DNA of 64,000 nucleotides from NCBI RefSeq assembly GCF_006345805.1, contig NC_042997.1, positions 117,614,001 to 117,678,000 on the forward strand, given 5' to 3'. A program made the translations under genes and the position numbers. Positions 24,582-37,326 of the stretch are shown here, one piece after another; positions within the stretch are counted from its first letter, which is position 1; each line of letters opens with the position of its first letter. The DNA comes from Octopus sinensis (lineage: Eukaryota). The notes under the pieces were generated by a model. It was not told the DNA's origin and made no database searches. It saw only the letters and a list, made by a program, of their open reading frames with translations.

Positions 24582-25505
24582 ATTTTCGTCCTAAAAAACT
24601 TTCTATGGAGTGAATGGTTACCTCTATGGAAATATATACACACACGTTATACATACATGTGTGCATAGATGAATATATAAATACATTTATATATCTATAT
24701 ACACTTTTGGGCGATCTCTGTGCTACTTAGAGATAACTTTAGATCTTATTTTCGTCCTAAAAAACTTTGTGCGGAGTGAATGGTTACGTGTATGGAAATA
24801 TATACACACACATTATACATACATCTGTGTATAGATGAATATATAAATACATTTAAATATCTATATACACTTTTGGGCGATCTTTCTGCTACTAGGATAT
24901 AGGGGCGATGTTTCGCTTGTCGTAGCACACGTTTCCGTCGATTTCCGTAAAAAATGTAAACACTGAATCGGCCATACATACATACATACACACACACATA
25001 CATACACACACACACACATACATGCATACATACATATACACATAAACCGAGTAAAAAATTTCAGTTATCTCTCTCTTTCACACATTACTCTCTCTGTCTC
25101 TTCACACACACTAACAGAAGCACTTCACTTACACAACATACTGTCTGTCTCCCACACTCCATCAAACACACACACACACACACACACATGTACACCAATG
25201 CGTCCCATGCACGGTAACTTCAAAAGAACTTCCCTCGTCATACAATCGCTTTCTCTTAGTCTCTTTCGCTCTCATTACTTATGTAAAAAAATAAGTTTTT
25301 TACGGAAATCGACGGAAACCTGTGCTACAACAAGCGAAACATCGCCAATATAGGTCTTATATTCGTCCTAAAATACTTTCCTGTCACACACTCACGCACA
25401 CGCACGCACACACACACACACACACACACACGCACCCTCACACACACACACACGCACACACACACTCACACACACGCACGTTAGCTTACAATTTTATTTA
25501 TATAT
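24582..25505. mobile_element. Helitron/HINE-like composite: about 165-bp tandem pair, 51-bp inverted repeats and microsatellites
   Basis: Direct repeats 24582-24727 and 24748-24890. Inverted repeat 24904-24954 / 25296-25346 (49 of 51 match). Helitron-like TATATAAATAAAATTG...GTGTG end near 25500 on the minus strand. Confidence 0.45.
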
Positions 25506-26024
25506 TTGCATGTCTATGTGTGTAAAGAGGAAGTGGCAGACTGAAAGAGTCACTCACTACAAAAGGTGAATTACTTTCATTTTATTCCTTGCACACTGTG
25601 TGTGTGCGTGTGCGTGTGGTGTAAAACACATTAAGAAAAGCATTTGACATACACACCAGAATGTGAGTTTTCTGTAAATTTTGCTTAATTGGAGTTTAAA
25701 TTTTAAAAAGTGGACCTGGCAAAACCCGATGCATTCTACTCTTAAAAATGCTAAGTAAATTGTAATTGACGAAATCCTATATTGTAGATTTCTATAACTG
25801 ACAAAGGGAGGCAGATAAAATCTGCCTTTTATAATAAGAGATATAACATGATTATACAACATTTTACTGTCAGAATATCTCCTAGCAATAACATGGTTTG
25901 GAACCTAATCACTCAGTTTGAAAAATCTGGATGGATCAGTTGGCAATTTTCCAGGAAGTGGTCCTAAGTGCATTGTGCACATTGACACAGCAGTGGAAGT
26001 TGAGTGTCCTTAGGATACAAGGCA

Positions 26025-26435
26025 GCAAGCTGGGAGAAACGTTAGCACGCCAGGTGAAATGCTTAGTGGTATTTCATCTGCCACTACATTCTGAGTTCAA
26101 ATTCCGCTGAAGCCGACTTTGCCTTTCATCCTTTCAGGGTCAATTAAATAAGTACCAGTTACACACTGGGGTCGATATGATCGACTTAATCCCTTTGTCT
26201 GTCCTTCTTTGTCCTCTCTGTGTTCAGCCTTTTGTGGGTAGTAAAGAAATAGGTATTTTGTCTGCAGCTACGTTCCGAGTTCAAATTACACTGAGGTCGA
26301 CTTTGCCTTTCAACCTTTTGGAGTCGATTAAATAAGTACCAGTTACGCACTGGGGTCGATATAATCGACTTAACCCCTTTGTCTGTCCTTGTTTGTCCCC
26401 TCTATGTTTAGCCCCTTGTGGGTAATAAAGAAATA
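26025..26435 (+). mobile_element. Two tandem CORE-SINE family B copies
   Basis: The second copy lacks most of the head, and both end in GTGGGTA.TAAAGAAATA. Further copies at 50388-50618(-), 50896-51222(+), 57470-57640(+), 57765-57975(+), 63590-63780(+). Confidence 0.75.
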
Positions 26436-26635
26436 AGAGTATCCTTAGGATTCATCAGCCTCTACGCTTCATCACTCTGCTCAACTAAGCATCGCCAGAA
26501 CATCACTTCACAAGATTCTGAAACTGGATTTTAAAATGTTTCCATCCAAATAAAATAATAACACAATAAAAAACCACGTGTTTGTAAAAGTTATTTTTGT
26601 TTTATTTCATTCAATCTTTCAGTGGCCACCCTGTA
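26436..26635 (+). mobile_element. Tc1/mariner-superfamily remnant
   Basis: HTH-like remnant QLSIARTSLHKILKLDFKMFP and a right end GGCCACCCTG-TA. Confidence 0.4.
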
Positions 26636-27713
26636 GAATATTATAGCATTATTAATGATCATTTCAAGCAGTCACTCCATTTAATTGGTGTCTCTCCCAA
26701 TTGGTTGAAGACCCCTGGCTGCTAATCACTTTTAGTGCCATCAGTGCCACAGGGTATTCCTATCTTGTATTGGTCTTGACAGCTATATCCATTCTCATAA
26801 GAAAGAAGGTACTGGAGGTGGAGAAGGGTGAATGTCTTGGATTGAGACTGTCATAAGCAGTAAGCACATTCTTTTACTTGTTTTAATTATTTGACTGCAG
26901 CCATGCTGGAGCGCCACCTTCAGTCGAACAAATCAACTGCAGGATTTATTCTTTGTAAGCCTAGTACTTATTCTATCGGTCTCTTTTGTCAAGCCGCTAA
27001 GTGACGGGGACATAAGCAAACCAACATCAGTTGTCAAGCGATGGTGAGCGGACAAACACAGATACAAATAATAAACACACACATACATATATAAATACAT
27101 ATATATATCATCATCATCATCATCATCGTTTAACGTCCGTTCTCCATGCTAGCATGGGTTGGACGGTTCAACCAGGGATCTGGGAAGCCAGAAGGCTGCA
27201 CCAGGCTCCAGTCCCATCTGGCAGTGTTTCTACAGCTGGATGCCTTTCCTAACGCCAACCACTCCGTGAGTGTAGTGGGTGCTTTTTACATGCCACCTAC
27301 ACAGGTGCCAGGCGAGGCTGGCAACAGCCACGGTCGGATTGGTGCATTTTACGTGCCACCGGCATGGAAGCCAGTCGAGGCGGCACTGGCATCGACCACG
27401 ATTCGGATGGTGCTTTTTATGTGCCACCGGCACGGAAGCCAGTCGAGGCGGCGCTAATAGGCTTCTTTCAGTTTCCATCTATTAAATCCACTTACAAGGC
27501 TTTGGTTAGCCTGAGGCAATAGTAGAAGATACTTACCCAAGATTCCATGCAGTGGGACTGAACCCGAAACCATGTGGTTGGGAAGCAAGCTTCTTACCAT
27601 ACAGCCACTCCACACAGACACAGTATTATCATATTGTATTATATTTCATAACAGCATTGTATTTTATAATATCATTATGTTATATTATTAAAAAAAATAA
27701 ATAAAAACGCTCT

Positions 27714-27945
27714 TTTAATGCCTAGCCAGGCTCATGGGCCCGGTTTCAATGGCGTATGTGTTCCCCAGCTGGACAGGACGCCAGTCCATCGCAGTGTTAC
27801 TCATTTTTGCCAGCTGAGTGGATTGGAGCAACGTGAAATGAAGTGTTTTGCTCAAGAACACAACGCTTCGCCTGGTCCAGGAATCGAAACCACAATCTTA
27901 CAATCATGGTGCTGACACCCTAACCACTAAGCCACACGCCTCCAC
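27714..27945 (-). mobile_element. tRNA-derived SINE family D (V/Meta-like central domain)
   Basis: GAGGCGTGTGGCTTAGTGGTTAG head, GTTTCGATTCC B box, GCGATGGACTGGCGTCCTGTCCAG core. Related copies at 5533-5850(+) and 39985-40292(-). Confidence 0.7.
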
Positions 27946-28791
27946 ATGTTATATTATATAACATTATTATATTATACAGCATTATTATATAAATTTTTTT
28001 AAAAACCATCAGAGGGGTAATACATATCCTGCACGCAGATAATTGTTTTGCGAATTATTTTCACAAAAACATTAAAATATGAGTTGGCAAAGAAATTTGA
28101 ATGTTATTTTAGAGGGTTTGGAATTAAAATTAAGAAAAAATAACATAAAATGAAGATTCTTCTTCAATTTCTCACTGAAGAATCATGTGTGTTCAAAAAC
28201 AAAAAAAAAACTTTCTATTTCAATAGTTTTACAATGAAATGCTTAAATACAAGTTGACAAAGAAAATCAAAAGTAGTTTTGGAAAGTTCAACATACAATT
28301 TGCATATGATTAAAACTTGCAAATGACTAACTGAATGATTATTCAAATAATCATCATCAACATCATCATCCTTTAACATCCATTGTCCATGCTGGTATGG
28401 GTTGGACAATTTGACTGGGCTGGTATGCTGCATCAGATTCCAGTCTGATCTGACATGGTTTTCTATGGCTTGATGCCCTTCCTAATGCCAGCCACTCGGA
28501 GAGTGTGCTTTTACATGTGAAAAAGAAAGTGAGCAAAATGAAATACTGCATGGGATTTAAGAGTTTTTTAACGTCTTTCATTGATGGCAGATGAATTAAA
28601 TGTACCATAGTTTATTGTAGGATATAAATAATATGACCAATTGCTTATCAGGAAATTTGTAAGTCCGAATTTTTTTTTCCTTTTTTAAGTACCACCATTA
28701 TAGGTATTTATACTCCAATGAAATTAAGAAATCAACTCATAAATAAACAAAACCTTCGAATCCATCACAGTAATCACACATACACACACAG

Positions 28792-28838
<47 letters not shown>

Positions 28839-29019
28839 TTCATATCTATGTATGTATTTAGGTATGTTTGAAGAATATCAAACCAAATTTTCATCACTGC
28901 AAGCCGATCACCCAAACAGTACTTCTGCCAAATTTGGTGAAAATCCATTCACTCATTTCCCAGTAATTTTGCAAACACACAGACAAACAAAGATGAGGGG
29001 TAATGTTGATATTATATTA

Positions 29020-29575
29020 TACCACATTGTTATACCAAACAACATTCTTATATTCTTTAACTTTATTTTATTATGTTATATAACATTATTATATTATACA
29101 GTATCATTATATTAAATTACATTATTACATTTTATCAAATAACAATATTTGCTTCATACAACTTTGTTACATTATATAACATTATCATCATATATATAAA
29201 TGATAACATTATTGAATCGAATATTCTATAACATTATTGTTTTGAATGACATATAATGTTGTACAACATTATGTATAACATTATTATATCGTATTATGCA
29301 TCACTATTATATTATACAGCATTGTCGTATATTATAACACTATAATATTATAAAATATGTTATATAACATTATTATGATATATAACAATATTATGATATA
29401 TAACATATTATAAACCATTATTATATTATATAACATGATGACATTATAGGACATCATTATATACTGCATAACATTTTTCATATTATATGACATTGTTATA
29501 TTATATAACATTATAAAACATTGTATTATATAATGTTATATAACATTATATTATATGTCATTATTATATTCCTAG
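29020..29575. repeat. Degenerate AT-rich tandem array (ATAACATTATTATATT-like unit)
   Basis: The same motif forms arrays at 27620-27990, 35010-36330, 43740-44430, 45120-45910 and 49850-50080. Confidence 0.75.
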
Positions 29576-29772
29576 CATGTTTGTTTCATCAAACATGCTG
29601 CAAAGTTTTATTAATGATAGGAAATATAGCATGAACACAATGCGAGAAAACTTACATAAATGCCAGCAATTGTGTAAATGTATGTACATACATAGAACTG
29701 AAGCATTTGAACAATCAGAGACATTGTTCACAATACCCCCAACCATGTAATATATACATACATATATATATG

Positions 29773-29890
29773 GCTTATGGCCATATCACATTGAAAGCAC
29801 CAGTTATCGTCTGATCACCGAAGTTAAGCAACGTCGAGCCTAGTGAGTACTTAGATGTGTAACCACTTGGAAAGCCTAGGTGCTGTAAGC
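29773..29890 (+). rRNA. Dispersed 5S rRNA copy, probably a pseudogene
   Basis: 118 nt, GCTTATGGCCATATCAC...GATCACCGAAGTTAAGCAACGTCGAGCC...AGTACTTAGATG...GTGCTGTAAGC. The terminal helix can pair, box A is intact and box C is degenerate. Single copy, not in an array. Confidence 0.85.
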
Positions 29891-29905
29891 GTGTCACACT
29901 TTTAT

Positions 29906-30300
29906 AGGTACAGGGGTGGCTGTCTGGTAAGATGCTTGCTTCCCAACCACATGGTTCCAGGTTCAATCTCACTGTGTGGCATCTTGAGCAAGTGTCTTCT
30001 ACTATAGACTTGGGCCGACCAAATCCTTGTGAGTGGATTAGGTAGACAGAAACTGAAAGAAGCTTGTCATATGAATATGTATATGCATGTGTGTGTGTGT
30101 GTATGCTTGTATGCCTGTGCTTGTCCCTCCAACATTGCTTGACAATGCTGGTGTGTTTACGACCCCATAACCTAGCAGTTTGGCAAAAGAGACAGACAGA
30201 ATAAGTACTAAGCTTACAAAGAATAAGTTCTGGGGTTGATTTGCTCAACTAAAGGCAGTGCTCCAGCATGGCCACACTCAAATGACTGAAACAAATAAAA

Positions 30301-30303
<3 letters not shown>
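29906..30303 (+). mobile_element. tRNA-derived SINE family A, directly 3' of the 5S copy
   Basis: Head GGGGTGGCTGTCTGGTAAG, B box GGTTCAATCTC, full 3' domain. Confidence 0.8.
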
Positions 30304-30346
<43 letters not shown>

Positions 30347-30348
<2 letters not shown>

Positions 30349-30734
30349 AACTTCCACTTTTCCCTGCTCACAAGGATCAGACAGATCTAGTACAGCCAGA
30401 TGCTCTTCTTGTTACTAACCCTCACCTGTTCCCAAGTAAGGTAATGCTTCACGATGCCTAGACAAGAATACATGGAAGATTAGAACTAAAAGAACCCCTC
30501 TTGCATGACAGTGACACTCGCTTATAGCTATTGCCTGATATCTCCTGAGGTAAGGAGAGAATGAAAGAAACACACACATACATGTATATATATATATACA
30601 TATATATGTATATATTACAGGGATGTAAAACAAACCAGCACCAGATGTCAAGAAGTGGTGGGGGAGAAACACAAGCACAGAGACTCACACACACACACGT
30701 GTATATACATATATATATATATGTGTGTGTATGC

Positions 30735-30777
<43 letters not shown>

Positions 30778-31158
30778 ATCAAACTTCCACTTTTCCCTGC
30801 TCACAAGGATCAGACAGATCTAGTACAGCCAGATGCTCTTCTTGTTACTAACCCTCACCTGTTCCCAAGTAAGGTAATGCTTCACGATGCCTAGACAAGA
30901 AGATTAGAACTAAAAGAACCCCTCTTGCATGACAGTGACACTCGCTTATAGCTATTGCCTGATATCTCCTGAGGTAAGGAGAGAATGAAAGAAACACACA
31001 CATACATGTATATATATATATACATATATATGTATATATTACAGGGATGTAAAACAAACCAGCACCAGATGTCAAGAAGTGGTGGGGGAGAAACACAAGC
31101 ACAGAGACTCACACACACACACGTGTATATACATATATATATATATGTGTGTGTATGC

Positions 31159-31197
<39 letters not shown>
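30347..31197. repeat. Near-identical tandem duplication, period 433 bp
   Basis: Units start at 30347 and 30780. The second unit lacks 9 bp (ATACATGGA). Both units are bounded by (TA)n. Confidence 0.9.
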
Positions 31198-31206
<9 letters not shown>

Positions 31207-31462
31207 ATGTATGTATGTATATATGTATGTATACAATGGGCTTCCTTCAGTTTTCATCTATCAAATCCACTCACAAAGTTTTGGTAGGCCCAGGGCTATA
31301 GTAGAAGACACTTACCCACAGTGTCACAAGGTGGGATTGAACCGAGAACTGTGTGGTTGAGCAGCTTCTTAACACACAGCCAAATCTACGACACATACAC
31401 ACACACACTCTCTCTCTCTCTCTCTCTCTCCCTCCCTCCCTCTCTCTCCCTCTCTCTCCCTC

Positions 31463-31495
<33 letters not shown>

Positions 31496-31527
31496 TAACA
31501 CACACACACACACATGTATATATTCAT

Positions 31528-34490
31528 GACCTCATCTTTACAGCTGGAGATTTTAATGGGCATGTCCGACAGCAATCTGGTATATTCCATGGTGTTCACG
31601 GGGGCCATGGAATTGGTTCCCAAAATGAAGAGGTAACTAGGCAACTGGAGCTCTGTGATGCAAGCAACCTATTAATCTGCAACACCAGCTTCAGGAAGCC
31701 AGACAATCACCTGATAACCTATCAATCAGGTGAATCTGCTAGCCAGATTGATTTCATACTCACTTGACAGTGGGATGCATGGTTGCTCTTAAACACAAAG
31801 ACCCTCCCTGGTGAAGAATGTACCCCTCCCCCTCCCCCAGCATAGACTAGTCATTAGTGACTATAGACTCAAGGCCAGAAAGATGCCAAGAAGCAGACCA
31901 ATCCAGAAAAGAAGGACTTGGAAGCTAAAGAACCCTTCACATGATCAAAGATTTAGGGACATCCTCATTGAAAAATTTGAAGAGAAGGAGGAGAAGCTAC
32001 AGATTTGTGATATAGAGGGTAACTGGAAATTCCTATGTGACAGCTTACTGAACACCACAGACCAAATCTGCAGCTAGTGCAAAGTCCCTTCCAGACCTAG
32101 GGTAATATGGTGGAATAATACAGTAGACAAGGCCATTAGAGCAAAGAAACAGATCTGGAAAACCTGGAAGAGTAGGGTGGGGTACAAGGAACTGTACCAA
32201 ACAGCCAGAAGGGAGGCTGGGAGACAGGTATATATAGCTAAGGGAGGAGCAGAAAAAACGTTTGCCAACGTTCAGCAATATGAGGACCAAAGAAATGAAG
32301 TATTTCGGATTGCAAGACAGTGTGTGAGAGAAAATTATGATGTTACAGGAGAGAAATGGGTACGCATGGATGATGGTGCACTTGCTTTTAATGATTCTGC
32401 AAAGAAAGAGACTTAGAGATGCCAATATGAAGGGCTGCTGAATATGGAGAATGAATGGGAGGAGGAGAGCCTGCCAAATGTTGACCCAGTTGAGGGACCA
32501 GCTACCTGAATCGATAGCACCCTGGTAGATGAATCAATTAAGGATATGAAGTTAGGAAAAGCTCCCAGCCCATCAAGAATCACTACTGAGATGCTTAAAA
32601 TATCTGGTGGTGTGGATTATGGTCTAGTTACCCGTATTGTAAACCAGGTAGTTCATAATGGAGTCATACCCAATGACTGGCATAGCAGCACCATAATCAA
32701 CAGCTACAAAGGCAAAGGTGATGCTTTAGATAGAAGTAACTATCAAACTGCTGGATCAAGTGTTGAAGGTCATGGAGAGGGTCATAGCCCAACTAGTTAG
32801 GGAGAGAGTCTGCTTAGATGAGATGCAGTTCGATTTTATGCCAGGTAGAAGCATCTCTAATGCTATACTCCTGGTAAGGCAACTGCAGGAGAAATACCTA
32901 GGCAAAGATAAACCCCTATACTTGGCTTTTGTTGACCTGGAGAAAGCCTTTGACAGGGTCCCCAAATCCCTTATCTGGTGGGTGATGTGGAAACTAGGGA
33001 TAGATGGGTGGTTAATAAGAGCTGTACAGGGATGTTGTCAGTAAGGTAAGGGTCAACGAGTATAGTGAAGAATTCCAGATAGAAGTAGGGGCTCACCAAG
33101 GATCAGCCCTCAGCCCCTTCTTATTTATCATAGTCCTCCAGGCAATAACAGAGGAATTTAAGACAGGATGACCCTGGGAGCTCCTCTATGCTGATGATCT
33201 TGCTCTCATAGCTGAACCACTACCAGAACTAGAGAAGAATTTTCAGGTGTGGAAGCAAGGTCTAGAATCGAAGGGCTTTAGAGTCAATCTAGCAAAAACA
33301 AAAGTCCTAGTAAGTAGGAAGACGAACAAATCACAAACCCCTTCAGGTAGATGGCGCTGCTCGATCTGTAGAAAAGGTAGAGGTAGAAACTCCATAAAAT
33401 GTACCCAGTGTAAGCTACTGACACATAAGAAGTGCAGCAACATCAAAGGAAGGTTAACTGGGATGATAGCTTTTGCGTGCGGGAGATGCAGAGGGACAAT
33501 AAACACCAAAGATGCTCAGAAAACAGATTCCATCACATGCCAAGGCAAAAAACTAGAAGTTGATAGCTTCTGCTACCTAGGTGACCAAGTCTGCAGTGGG
33601 GATGGATGGTCGGAGAGTATTGTCGCTAGAATAAGAATAGCCAGGGCAAAGTTCGGAAAGCTCCTACCTCTACTGGTGACAAAAGGTCTCTCACTCAGAG
33701 TGAAGGGTAGACTGTATGATGCATGTGTGCATACTGCCATGCTGCATGACAGTGTAACATGGGCCATGACTGTGCGTATGGATGAAGAGAGCTGTGTGAA
33801 GAAGTGTCACTCACTCACAGTGAAAGGAACCCATGGAAGAGGGAGACCCAGGAAGACATGGGATGAAGTGGTAAAGTACAGCCTTCGAACGTTGGGCCTC
33901 GCAGAGGCAATGTCAAGAAACTGAAACCTCTGGAGACAAGCTGTGATTGAGAAGACCCGGCAGGTAAAAAGAGATGACAGCCATAGCCTATACCAGTATT
34001 GCATAACCAACCCATTTAAAAAGTACCTTTGAACTGTCAGGTGACATGCTGTGCTTAAGGAAACCTATTGAGTCAAGTAAAATCTAAAATCAAAATCAAA
34101 ATCATGAACAGAATCTCAATCAAATCGAAATCAAAAATGGAAATTGTAGTTGTGGCTGATGCTAGTGCCACCTGACTGGCTCCTGTGCTGGTGGCATGCA
34201 ATAAGCACCATTCATGCATGGGTTGTTGCCAGTGCTGCCTTACTGGCTCCCTGTGCTGGTGGCACATAAAAAGCACCATCTGAATGTGGCTGATGTCAGT
34301 GCCACCTGACTGTCTCCTATGCTCATGGCACATAAAAAGCACCCACTGGCATAAGGAAGGGCATCCAGCTATAGAAACATTGCCAGATCAGACTGGAGCC
34401 TGGTACAGCCTTCTGGCTTGCCAGTCCCCAGTCAAACCGTCCAACACATGCCAGCAGGGAAAGCAGACATTAAATGATGATGATGATTTA
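31528..34490 (+). mobile_element. RTE-type LINE, 5'-truncated and decayed (endonuclease end, RT, PHD-like finger, 3' UTR, (GAT)n tail)
   Basis: AGDFNGH, QIDFIL, FVDLEKAFDRVP, HQGSALSP, YADDL, GRPRKTW, with several stops and frameshifts. Confidence 0.9.
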
Positions 34491-34511
34491 TACCTGTGCA
34501 TACATATGCAT

Positions 34512-34542
<31 letters not shown>

Positions 34543-34544
34543 GT

Positions 34545-34582
<38 letters not shown>

Positions 34583-34812
34583 GAAATTGATAAAAATAAT
34601 TTATGGATCTACAGCAATATGCAGATTAAAGTACCAGTGACGTCAGAGTTCACTATGCATCACCCACAATTAGTGTCTCTGTCTGTCACTCCCATAACAT
34701 TTCTTGATTTAGCTTCCCTCTAGGAGCATGACTGACAGGACACACTCTGCGTTAACATTGTTATATAATGTTATACAACATTATATATTATGTAACAGTG
34801 TTGCATTATATA

Positions 34813-35000
34813 ATGGGGAGAATTCACAAAAAAACAAAAGACAAAGAGAGGTGGTGTAAATAACAAACAGATGTATTAGTTTAACACTCAGGAAGTGAAA
34901 AAGTCTTTGACGTTTCGAACCAATGCTCTTCCAGAGAAAGGAACACAGAAAGAAACAAGGAGAGAAAATAAAGAATGTGTAGTGGCTAGCGATCTATCAT
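34813..35000 (-). mobile_element. Penelope-like pLTR remnant
   Basis: Reverse complement of 47310-47490. Carries a degenerate hammerhead-like motif at 34903-34940. Confidence 0.55.
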
Positions 35001-35009
35001 AGTATTTTA

Positions 35010-36330
35010 TATAATATTATCGTAAAAATTATTGTGTAGCCTTATTGTATGATATTGTGTAACATTATGTTATTACCATTTATATTATGTTTACATAATG
35101 GTATATAACATTATAATATTCTATAATATTTTATATTATGCAGCATTGTATAACATTATGATATATGATAAAGTATTACTATATGAGACAGTTTTATTAT
35201 ATAAAATGATGATTTATATTATACAACATTGTTATACCATATTCTATAACATATAATGTTGTTATATAATTATATAACATTATTATATCAAATATCATTA
35301 TTATATATTATTATATAACAATATTTGATTTATACAATTTTGTTATACTATATAATATTACTATGTTATACGATATGGTAACATTATATAACTTTATTAT
35401 ATAACATTAATGTATTGTATATCATTATATAGTGCTGTGTAGCATTTTGTATAACATTATTACATCATATTATGGACATTATTATATTATTATCATTATT
35501 ATATAACACCACATTGTTATATAATATTATCATGTGATTATTATATAACATCAGTATGTAATGTCATTTGACATTATATACCATTTTTATATTATATTAC
35601 ATTATTGTACAATGTTATATATCATTATTATATCGTATATTATCTTGAAATTATATTATACAACATTGTTTCAATACACAACAGCATTTTATTATATAAC
35701 ATTATATTATATAACAGTACCACATTATAAGATTTTGTTATATTATCTAACGCTATCATTCTACCTTATTATATAACATCATCATATAACATATTATTAT
35801 ATAACGCTATCATTTTACCTTATTATATAACATCATCATATAACATATTATTATATAACAAAAGTATACAATGTTTTGTTTTTGGAGTCAAAACTATTGA
35901 AAAGGTTGCAAGACGCAACAAAAATTTTAGGACAATAAAAATAAGGAAAAAAAGTGGAAATTTTACCGGTGAGTGTGTTGAATTATAAGGCACAAAAAGA
36001 AAATGACTCGCCCCAGACACAACAGTATACAATGTTGCTATATTATATAACATTATTATACTATATAGCATTGCTACATTATATAGCATAATTACATTAT
36101 ACAATATTAATATATTATACAATACTGTTATATTTATAAAACTATTGTATAAAAATAGCATTATTATATTATACAATATATTTATATTATATGAAATTAT
36201 TGTATTAAATACCAGTATAATGTCATACAACATTATTATAATGTATAACATTATTATATTGCGTGACCTTATTATATTATATAACAATATTATATTACGT
36301 TAAATAACATTATTACATTATATAATATTA
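35010..36330. repeat. Degenerate AT-rich tandem array
   Basis: Recurrent ATAACATTA/TTATATTAT units. Confidence 0.8.
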
Positions 36331-36844
36331 TTGTGTTATACACAATCGTCTCAGACAGTTTCTCATTTCATACAGTGTCCCTCCCAATTGGTTGGAGCCC
36401 CTGGCTGTTAATCAGAAGATATAGAGGCTTGTGTGTGATGCTGGAGTGGAGCACTTTGAATTCAAATGCAGGAAACTGCACGAAGAAAGGAGATGAGCTC
36501 TACATCAACCTTTTGTGGCTGTTGTTCAGTGCCACATGATCTTCCTATCTTGTGTTGGCCTTCTTGACCATGTCTGCTCTTATAAGAAAGAAGCTTCCAA
36601 AGGCAGAAGAGGATGAATGTCTTGCATTGAGACTGTCATCAACTTTTACGGGCTGTCATAAGCAGTAAGTAAGCATGTTATACAGCATTATTATATTATA
36701 CTCAACTGCCCATGACCCGTTGGGCCACCAATAGATCAAGGTACCCAGAAAAACCGTGTCACTTTTCCACTCTTCCGCCAGACACTCAGCCCTTGCTATA
36801 TCAGTCTCATCAACCCTTCTATTCACATGCCTGTCCTGGTCTTG

Positions 36845-37326
36845 GGTAAATATTTCCTAAAGGATCCATTCATACTTCGGTGTGAAATAATTTTTTCAAC
36901 AAGTTTTGTCGAGTGCATTCAATGTATCTCACCTCCAAACCCACCGCAAACCACTTTCTTCCTGAAAAGAAAGGGGAGAAGAGTTGTGGGGACTTTGAAG
37001 TTTCCCAGGAAACTCTGAGTTTTTTTTCTTTTCCAGGTTATTTCACATGCTTTCAACAAACGTGACATCAAAATCAAATGTAAATAGCTCCTTTCCCAAG
37101 AAAAGGAAAAATTTGGCTGCTATTTCCTGCATGCCCTACTACCACATAACAACTATTTGGGGTCCTTAATTGCAAATAGCTGTTATTGCAAATAGCAAGT
37201 AGCAGGGCATGCTAGAAGTAGCAGCCAAATCTTTGGAGGTGAAATAGGTTGGATGCACTCAAAAAACATCTATAGAAAAAATTATTTCACACCAAGATTA
37301 CAAGTGGGTCTTTTACAAAATATTTA
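36845..37326. repeat. Degenerate inverted repeat (two oppositely oriented old repeat copies or a fold-back MITE)
   Basis: 36845-36938 pairs with 37231-37326, and 37111-37143 pairs with 37200-37232. Identity is roughly three quarters by eye. Confidence 0.55.

Noticed and set aside
35823-36287. 154-aa ORF and similar I/Y/L-rich ORFs
   Set aside because: They are translations of AT-rich degenerate tandem arrays with no protein-like features.
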